DNA from: Tubiluchus corallicola
Taxonomy: Eukaryota > Animalia > Priapulida
Assembly (NCBI GenBank): GCA_030141605.1
Contig: JAQGDQ010000031.1
Coordinates: 682,001 to 746,000 of the forward strand
Length of the DNA stretch: 64,000 nt
Direction: 5' to 3'
In this document: piece by piece, positions 54,645-64,000 of the stretch
Layout: each line of letters starts with the position of its first letter
Numbering within the stretch: the stretch's first letter is position 1
Translations under genes and position numbers: made by a program
The notes under the pieces: model-generated
The model's database searches: none
Seen by the model: only the letters and a program-made list of their open reading frames with translations
What the model was told of the DNA's origin: nothing

Positions 54645-55811
54645 TTCAAAGGCAGGGCTAACTCAAGAAGGATATCCCTCTACGATGAGCCATTGAAATG
54701 GCCGAAGCATCTGAGCCACATTCAGATGTACAACGTACATACATCACACAACCTCCCTCTACAAGCCAAGATTGATAAATAATGCCACCCAGAGCGAAGA
54801 CTGAACCCAGATCATTCACATAGTAAGTACGTAAGTTTATTAGTTTATCACCATTTTTAAAATAGCAATATACGTAACTAAGTGATTTATAAATCTGTAC
54901 AACATACAATAATATTACAAAGTGCAAAAGTAATTATTGATTAGTGATAAAAAGGTGACAAAAGAACCATAAGTTATCAAGGTCAGCCACCCTCTCAGAA
55001 TTGTTACTAATATAATTAATTAATGCGCATATACCAAGCAATTAAAAATGATCAGATCTGGCATTTAAGACGAATGAAAATTGAATTATTATACGAATGT
55101 GTTAGTTTATAATAAAATTATGTTCAATAATGGGAAAGAAGAGATAAACATGACTATCTTTAAATAATAAGTTAAACTTTACGTATTTAAAATTAATATT
55201 ATGATTAGGACCTAGAGCCAAAGTAAAAAAAATTTTTCACTTGTAGCTAGCAAAAGTGGATAAACATGTATGTTTAGTCATGAAGAAAAGAGTTGAAAGC
55301 AAACATATGTTAAAATTCTTTAGGATTAGTGTTGATGACTACATAAATATTAAAGACTAACAAAAGGTGTACCTTACCTCCATAACATACATTTGAGCTG
55401 TAATGCTTACTGAAGAATTTGTGCAGCGCAACGCAACTTATTTGTATATATAATTGAAGCATTGTAATAAAAGGATTCACTGTGAATTGCGCATTAGTAT
55501 TTAATTTATCTAATATTTAAAAAAATAAAATGAAATATCAACTTGAGTAGCACATGAAACATAACCGCCTTATCCGTGACAGCCACCACCTCACCACAAT
55601 TATTTTAATGTTATAATCACTTCCCCATGAAATACAGATCAAGTATGTACATATATATTTATGTACGAATGCAAAGTACCATAAAGCATGTATTTGGTAT
55701 TTACGTAACTATTTGAAAGAATGTTCACTACGTCCTTATTAATAATAATCAATGTAAACTAAATTAAGTTGTTCGTGCTTGATAACTTTCTGCTTTAACA
55801 CAGCTAGTTTA

Positions 55812-55913
<102 letters not shown>

Positions 55914-55996
55914 CTAGAAAAATAATTTAAACATTTACAAGCAACGCACACCATAAAATGTATTATTTACTGTAGCTATACCTCAGCGTATATGCG

Positions 55997-56423
55997 TACA
56001 CTCGTATCTCGGTTTATTGGACCTCGCTTTTACGAATATCGGAAAATTCAGACAAAATCTGATCCGTCAGAAGTCCCGTATAATACAGACGCAGCCCGTT
56101 ATTTCACGAGCTGACCGCTAGTTGGCAGGTCGCCACTTTGTTTACATCACGTACATCAGTGTAACCATTTGTATATTTCTATGTATAAAAATAGAGACAA
56201 ATATGCGGAGTTACTTGAGTCAATTGCCAATAGTTTTTATATACTTTTGCATAGGCGTGGCCTGTACTAGATGTTTTTGAGACAATTAGGCAATTGATTC
56301 TACATTACCATGAGTCTAATACACGGTGCCTAGTATATTAGTTTAGTATCAGAAAATACGGACAAACGGCAAATTCGGACCAACATCTCCCCACTTTTGT
56401 CTCACAACCGAGATATGAGTGTA
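55997..56423. mobile_element. TA-flanked MITE (Tc1/mariner superfamily)
   Basis: TIRs tacactcgtatctcggtt / aaccgagatatgagtgta. Confidence 0.75.
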
Positions 56424-57226
56424 CAGCAAAATGCCACAAGTCTATTTCTGATCCAGCAGTAATATCAAAAAGCTAGTGCATATCTTTCTGTTGGTAGTCT
56501 CTGAAATAGTTGCTTCCCATTTACAAACTTATGCTATCGTTCACAAGTGACATTGAATCTTATCATTTTATTACATGGAACCCTATAGTTCAGGCCTTAT
56601 CAATTACACCCTAATTTACTGCTTGCATGCTTCAGCAGCACACTATATGCATTGCCACAAATAAGTTAGCTGCTTAGTTTTGACCTGCTTTGCAAACAGC
56701 TTTGCTTTATTTCAATGCTATTAAACTTGAATGGCTGCTTTTTGTATTTTTTGCATTTCTGAGTACTTATGTATTTTCATAATCATGTTTCCTCTGCAAA
56801 GCTTTGTTGACTCGTTAGCCCTGACATTGCTTTTCCACCATCCTTTGTCTGTTATCCTTTTGTTGTGTTTTTACAGTTGTGTAAACTGAAGGAGAAAATA
56901 AATTGATAATCTAATAGATCTAATCTAATCCATGCTGTCAACTGCATTTAATAACTAACTGACTTGTAATATGATAAATCCATTGTTCTTCTGAAAGAAG
57001 AAGAAATCCGAAGGTAGCTGAATTTCAGCAAGTGGCTTCATCAATAGACTAAAATATTCCATTGCACAGATGTCATTTATGTCAGGTACAGAACAGAACA
57101 AAATACATTGGTAAAGTCATTCAAAATACGTTCTCTCTAATATATGGTTATCAATGTGATCCTTCATTTTCATGCCAAATATCTGAGTATCATTAACCAT
57201 AATTCACATTGTTGTTTCATCTATTA

Positions 57227-57709
57227 CCGTATTTTCCCGTGTATAAGAGACCCCTTTTTGCTCAGAATTTTCACTTTAAAAATAGGGGGTCTCTTATACA
57301 TGGGAGTAAGTCGGGACTCTTATTTTCAATAAGGCTTTTGAAGTTTTCTCTTTTCCTGTTACAGGTTTGCAGGTACGCACTTTAATATATACCAGTACTC
57401 TTTTTTTACAACACATTAATTGGTTTTATTTTGTTTTCAGCACCGCACTGAGTTGAAAAAAGTTGTACTCTACCCTCTAAAAATGTCCGAAATTAAAAAA
57501 CGTGCTTCTTATCCTGCAAATTTATATTCTTATCCTAAACCTAAAGAGATGGTGGAGAGCAATGAGAACGGAGAAGAGACTTGAGGAATTTAATGATTTC
57601 TATGGTGAATAAAGTTATTCATTACCAGAAAACTTTTTTCCAGAATTTTTGCCTAAAAATTGAAGGGGTCTCTTATACACAAGGGTCTCTTATACATGGG
57701 AAAATACAG
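57227..57709. mobile_element. pogo/Tigger-like MITE, copy 2
   Basis: Same TIRs and shared internal blocks as 37935-38389; TA TSD. Confidence 0.9.
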
Positions 57710-58137
57710 TATATAATTCCATCATCCTCTCCCAACTAATCCTCACCATTCTTACTCCTCTGCACATGCTTTTCCTCTTGTTACTGGTTGTTATAATTTT
57801 AATTTCATCACAAACTTATATACACATAATCTCACCAATCTACTAATGTATTTCTTAACACTACATGTCGTGACTGCCTTCAGGTAAACATACGTTGCAA
57901 ATAAACCTGTTAGCTGATCATTTAGTGCGTTCCTTAGTTGTTCTATTCTAATCATAGTTGTACTATAAAAACAGTTTAAACAAGTCATTCAAAATTTTTA
58001 ACTATGCCTTCATAACCAATTACTATGTCCAGAAAAGAATAGGCCTATCACGCGAATTTTCCAACCGATTCAAATCTTGATTTTTGAATGGTATTAATAT
58101 ATCGCCAAAATAACCTAAGCCGCTGTTACAGTTTCAA

Positions 58138-58480
58138 ACTAACCTTTTAACTTGGTTTTTCAAATTGTAACTGCGAACGCGTCTCAGGCTCACAGCTATC
58201 CTTAGCCTAACAAAAAATGAATATCTTTCAAGAAGTTCTCTATGAAGCAACTCGCACTCAACAAGTACGACCGAGGCACGGAACAATTAAATGAAATGAA
58301 CTATTTTTAACAATGAAAATATTCAAAAGGATAATGATTCAGTAAAACAAAAATATTATGCGCACAAGCACAAATTGGATAACGTTGAAAGCCAAAAATT
58401 GAAAAACGTTCATTGTCAGACGGCGCACTCGTCTATGTTTCATTTTTCTGCGACCTACGTCTGCGACCCTGCTTGTTCAA
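58138..58480 (-). promoter_or_regulatory. candidate SKP1 promoter and non-coding first exon
   Basis: SKP1 needs an upstream UTR exon. There is a minus-strand donor AG|GTTAGT at 58143 within a locally CpG-retaining region. Confidence 0.35.
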
Positions 58481-58869
58481 AGTGAGCAACGCTATTGAAA
58501 CTGGTCTGAAGTGAGTTACACATTTGCCCTAAAAATAATTATTATTTTTGTTGTCTGTGCAACAATAAAATAAGCAACAAACAGCTGCAATCCCACCTGC
58601 TTCAACAAGAAATTTAAAGAACACCTAGCTATTTATAATGAGTAATCTTTCTTGTCAACAGATGTCACAACTGAGGCTTAGTGGAACTACTTACTAACAC
58701 TCTTTACACCATTGATGTAGCAGTCAACTAAATTAATAGTAAACTAATAGAAAACTAGGGCAGAAATCAACATGTCCTCTATCATTGCAACCAAATTTAA
58801 GAATTATTTTACTTTCTATACCAGTAGTCATATTTTCCCATTTCTGCTGCAGCACTTTAGGGTTATAAT

Positions 58870-59303
58870 TAGGGGTCAGCATTCTCTACCAGAAAGCGAA
58901 TTCGAATCGAATCGAATTTGTGACTTTCGAATCGAACCGAACTTCAATGTTTCGAATTCGAATCGAATTCGAATTGAGATTGAAAGATTTTCGAACAAGT
59001 TTTCGAACCACAAGTAAAAATTAGTCTTACAAAGATCATACATATCACTCAATTTTGTTCTGCAATAAAACAACTAGTAATTTCTTTAAAATTGTGTGCA
59101 GAAATCATAGCTAAATTATGCAAATTGCATGATGTTTCAATCGTTTTAATGATCAGGAACATATGTGATTGAAGTGCTGAATTATTCGAATCTATAGTTT
59201 TGGATTCGAATCGAGTTCGAACTGAAAAAACTCGTTCGAATCGAATTCGAGCGTTCGAATTCGATTCGAACGTTCGAACTCGAACGTTCGATGCTCACCC
59301 CTA
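58870..59303 (-). mobile_element. hAT-like MITE with TTCGAA-rich subtermini, copy B (well preserved)
   Basis: TIR taggggtcagcat / atgctcaccccta; perfect 8-bp TSD gttataat (58862-58869, 59304-59311). Confidence 0.9.
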
Positions 59304-61083
59304 GTTATAATGCCGTCAGTTTGCTGGCCTTCTTTGGGACTATTTGTATAAAAATAAATAAAGAAAAAATAGGTGAATGAACAAAAACAATAATATAAAA
59401 AACTGCAGACTAATTGGAAAGAGTAATTACGCTTCACTTGCCTGTTCAGTTCAGAAAAATGTGGACACTTTGACAATAAACATTATTAGATATAGAAAAA
59501 AATTCGAAAACATTACGAAATTTGCTTTTGACACCAATGACAAATGTCTATTACTTTAAAAACGGTATCTTGTTCTAGTGTTTCGTTCAAGCTAAACAGT
59601 TTCCATTTATTAAAAATTTTTAAATTTTTAGATCACTTAATATAAGTTAGGATCTTTTCAAAAATGGCTCAAACGGGACAAACTGCAAATTTTATATGCA
59701 AATGTGCAAATTCTAGATATTCTGCATTGTGGTATTAATAATCAAATAGTGCTTTTGCTCCCAATTCACCATAAAAATTGTGGATATAAAAATAATTTTA
59801 TGAGTATTTTTTATCATAGCTATGCCATACAGAATAATAAATAGAGCAGTAAAACAGAAGCAGCACTATTTAATCAGACACACCAGGTACCATAGCACTA
59901 TTAGTGCACATTATGTTAATCAAGATAGTTATAGAACATGTTGTTTAATGAGTCATCATTATGAAAGATAGTGATGTTATAATAAATAAATAAATAAATA
60001 AAGATATGCAACACCATACAAATCTGGCTATATTTATTTCACAAAGTAACAATTTTATTTATAACTACTGTAAATAAAGAAATTCTTCAGATACTTAACA
60101 GAAATCACGACTGTGACACAGACACAACTTAAGCTTTCAGTCAAAATCAGGAAATGAACAATCGGATGAATCGTAATAGCAGTTACACATGTAGCCAATT
60201 TTTGCTTATGATTGCATGTTGTATATATACACATCATATTGTCACACTGCATTTTATTACGATTTTACGATTATGGCAAAAATTTACAAATTGCTTGATA
60301 TTCTTTCATAATTTTCAGCTCAAATAATGAGGTGCACAAGCTAACTGTATGATGATGGTGATAACATATCTATTCTCTCGATTCTTCTAAATATTTGAAA
60401 CTAGGGGGCATTATGGTGGTACAAATACACATAACGTTAATTTTTATACCAACTTTTAAAAACAGGAAGTTTGAAAATGTTGAACCAGAAGTCTGGAATT
60501 GAATCAGGACCTGCTGCGTATGTGTGGGGCACATAGAGGGTCATACGTGGCTTGGTGATAGGTTTAGCTCCCACAGAGTGTAAATATAAGGTTCGTACAT
60601 GCAAATTTTTAACAACAAACTGAAAACCAGAAACAGGGTTCATCTCCTCATCTAAGTCAGAGGACAAAACCCATTAAGAAGATCATGTACACCAAGCTAA
60701 TGACAATTTATGTGTTATTAAAGATAGCAAGCTTAATGGTATTTGCACCCTGCCTTGAATGGGGAAACCAAAACTAGTGGGTTCAATGGTGCACTGAACT
60801 AGGCCATTAATTTGGGTCAAATGACCTAAAATCATAGGTTATTTTAAAATTAATGCAATGAATTCTCGTTGACGTATATCTGGTTGAGCCGGATTCAAAA
60901 TCTCGAAGTCATCTATCCATACAAAAATAGTCTTGTAATCTCTATTTATAATGATCTCTCATACTTCACTTAACTCATAGTGACCACTTTAATAATAATA
61001 ATGACATTAATGTTAATTTATCGCTACTGTTGCAATTGACAGCATTTTACTAAATAAAATTAACTAACAGGCCCAACATGAGA

Positions 61084-61236
61084 TTAGAAGACATATTCTT
61101 TTAACAGGTTGTTAGCTATCACTAGCCGCTGTATCTCACTAGTTCCTTCGTAAATTTCTGTGATTCGGGCATCCCTGTAATGTCTCTCTGCGGGCATTTC
61201 TGTCACATATCCCATGCCTCCTAGGATTTGAATTGC
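61084..61236 (-). CDS. ACADS: short-chain acyl-CoA dehydrogenase, last exon
   Basis: [50 protein letters not shown]. Confidence 0.93.
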   Translation of the reverse strand, partial: AIQILGGMGYVTEMPAERHYRDARITEIYEGTSEIQRLVIANNLLKEYVF

Positions 61237-61378
61237 CTTAAAATGGTGAGAAAAATGTTAGAAGACAAGAAAAACCTAATAAAAATGTGCGAGCAGCTAT
61301 TACGCATTTTGAAGCAACATTTCTATAACAAACAAGCAATTAGCACACAGCAAAACATCAGAAATTAAATTTGATTAC

Positions 61379-61531
61379 CTGATGGGAACAAAATGTTGCC
61401 GCTTCAGATGCTGCTAACTTGGCCATTGCTGCTTCCTTGGTGAACGGAAGTCCCGCATCTTTTAGTGAAGCAGCACGCCATGTCAGCAGCCTTGCGGATT
61501 CCAGCTGTAATGACATGTCTGCTAACTTCAA
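61379..61531 (-). CDS. ACADS: ACADS exon
   Basis: [21 protein letters not shown]...[20 protein letters not shown]. Confidence 0.93.
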
Positions 61532-62255
61532 CTGCAAAAAACAATGGGAAATAATGTCAAACATCATAAGACCTAATAATGGAATTCAAACTTCACAGAT
61601 TTTTGTTGAGCCATGAAAATCCTAGTTCCTCAAGACTGAAACTTAATTTGCTTTAGTATGGTTACCTGATATAAATAAATTATCGAGGTTGCATCAATTT
61701 CTAATCGGAGTACAACACACACAAATTTTAGCTGAAAATCACTTCATCTTTTATTCAAAAAGAGTTTGATGTCTAAACTCAAAATTTTACCCACAAATCA
61801 ATTTACACAGTTTGTCATGTGTAAATTCTACTATGCAGAGATCTTGTCGAGAGATTTCTTTTACAGTCAGAATTAGTTTCTATTCGCAGAAAAAGTAGAA
61901 AGATTCCGTAACACGAAATTGTAACAAACTGTAAGTGGTTAAAGACTGCCATAAAAATTTCATTTTTTTTACTTCATACAATATTCAAAAACTCTCCAAG
62001 GACTTTAAAATTTACAATATGCCAAAAAATTTCAGTGAAAAACTATGAAAACTAAAAATAAGAGTTTTTAATTGTTGCACAGAGCTCATAAAGCTCAAAT
62101 TTTTATGCCTATTAGCAGAATAGCTAGGAAGTTTTGTTAAAGATGGAATACAGTAGTTGCATAATATTGCAAAGATAAAACTTAAAAGTCAATGTCAGTT
62201 ATTAAAAATGAAATAGTAAAAGAATTGAAGGATCTGGTACTTGTATATTATCTAC

Positions 62256-62336
62256 CTGTATTGCTTGTAGCTTTGAAATTGCTTGGCCAAATGCTTCTCG
62301 TTTTGTTGCATAGTCAACTGCACAATCTAGTGATGC
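62256..62336 (-). CDS. ACADS: ACADS exon
   Basis: ASLDCAVDYATKREAFGQAISKLQAIQ. Confidence 0.92.
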
Positions 62337-62900
62337 CTGCAAAGAAGTATATTACAATACATCACCAGAATTAAATAAGTATAGTATTAAATTACATCCA
62401 ATTAATCCAATATAGTTAGTAAACTATAAACAATATGATTTCTATTGAAATACAGTCATAAGTACATGTACTACACAGTTTGAGAATTTCTGAAAATAAT
62501 TCATCATGCTGAAATGTTTGGCTATTATGTCTAACCTAATATCAGTGTTCATTACTTTGTCAATGGTTTAGTAACATTCTGGTATTCACAGTCATACTCC
62601 AATTAATGGTTTCTTTGTAAATTATAGTAATAATTGAGACAAACATATTTGTAAATATACATTCAATTACATACAGCCGAATTTAGCTGTAACGCTCCCT
62701 TTATAATGCCAACCATACTTAACGCCCAAATTTTTAGCAAAATAAAATGTCTATATTTGCATAGACATGTATATGCATTAATGCACCTCGTTATAATGCC
62801 AAACTCGCTTAATATCAACTTTTTTGCAGTCCTAAAGTGGGTATAAAAAGGTTTGACTGTATATATAAAGTAACCAATGTACTAAGTTGCAGTTAAGTAC

Positions 62901-62957
62901 CTGTGCAATTCCTAATGCTTGAGCTGCAATACCAATTCGTCCAGAATCTAAAGTTTC
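62901..62957 (-). CDS. ACADS: ACADS exon
   Basis: ETLDSGRIGIAAQALGIAQ. Confidence 0.92.
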
Positions 62958-63720
62958 CTAAAGTGAAAAACAAAAGATTGCATAATTGCTTAATTTCCTA
63001 GCAAAGTTTTATGTAAATAGGGCAAAAATTTAGACTATATAACATGGCTATAATTAATATTGAAGGGACCAAAATGTTGTAATATTTGTAATAAATGCCT
63101 GTTCGAAGCCAAAGAAACATTATTTTAAAACTACAAGGCAGAAAGAAAATAGTGGCAAGCAAAGTAATTACATATATATATATATGTTATAGCTATGTAC
63201 TATTGCAAAATTGGCTAAACTGCAAATTTAGTGGTGCTTATGCTACATTTGCAAAAGAAAGATTCTGCATATGTATATATATATTACACACAACTGTTAA
63301 TGTTAATTAAAGAAAAAAAGCGTGTAAACAAACAACAAATTACTTTTTTACTGAAATTTAACACTAGGCTTTTTACAATGTGTTATAAGGTTTGAGTACA
63401 TACCCAACAGTTTTGTTTATTTTACTTTAAATTTATTTTCAGTTTTGTTGCTTTTCCCCCAATGAAAGCACTCTCAATTTTAAGTAGAATTAAATTATAT
63501 AACAAAAGATGTAAAGTTTTTCAACTGTTTTTTTGTTTTTTGGATGTGATAAAATTCAGAGAATTAGTCCTTTGAATTCTAACTAAATAACTTCTAAAAG
63601 TATATTTTTGATCTACCTAGTACTGTTCATAATTAGATATAGTTGCGTAAGATAAAAAACATACAGATAAAAATAGTCACAACACCAACTTTTTATCATC
63701 TTATTAACATGGCAGCTTAC

Positions 63721-63891
63721 CATTGCTATTTTGAAGCCCATTCCTGGTTCACCCAACAAGTGATCTTCGGTTATAGAACAATCTTCAAAAATCAACGTAG
63801 TCGTAGACGAAGCTTTAATGCCAAGTTTATCTTCCTTTTTACCAATTGATAACCCATCATACGGCTTTGGTGTCAGAAATGCACTAATGCC
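63721..63891 (-). CDS. ACADS: ACADS exon (gene continues beyond the window)
   Basis: [30 protein letters not shown]...[13 protein letters not shown]. Confidence 0.93.
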
Positions 63892-64000
63892 CTGTAAATA
63901 CATGTACAGAACTCCTACTAGCCACTGCACAAAATATCCATACCTATTATGTACATGAGGATGCAGTCTCTGCAAAACTTCTTGGCTTCGTATCCTTTCC

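Noticed and set aside
58895-59290. Heat-shock element array in the TTCGAA repeats
   Set aside because: Mostly two-unit GAAnnTTC matches; better explained as hAT subterminal repeats.

Overview
AT-rich, intron-containing animal genomic DNA (the SKP1 sequence suggests a bilaterian invertebrate, possibly spiralian; this is an inference). The right half (~29-64 kb) holds four genes. WDR7/Rabconnectin-3 beta contributes its last 11 coding exons (+, 28953-43746, ~546 aa). An intronless aminergic-like class A GPCR follows (-, 46581-47525). SKP1 is complete (-, 4 coding exons, 162 aa), and its first coding intron needs a GC donor. ACADS contributes its last 5 exons (-, 61084-63891). The left ~29 kb has no host exon I can recognise and is probably one very large WDR7 intron. 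It contains MITEs, LINE and Harbinger relics, a young RTE-derived short element with a 10-bp TSD, micro/minisatellites and two candidate antisense promoter/first-exon regions. I found no CRISPR array, rRNA gene, intact tRNA or prokaryote-type system. All family calls come from reading the sequence and recalled motifs; no searches were run.
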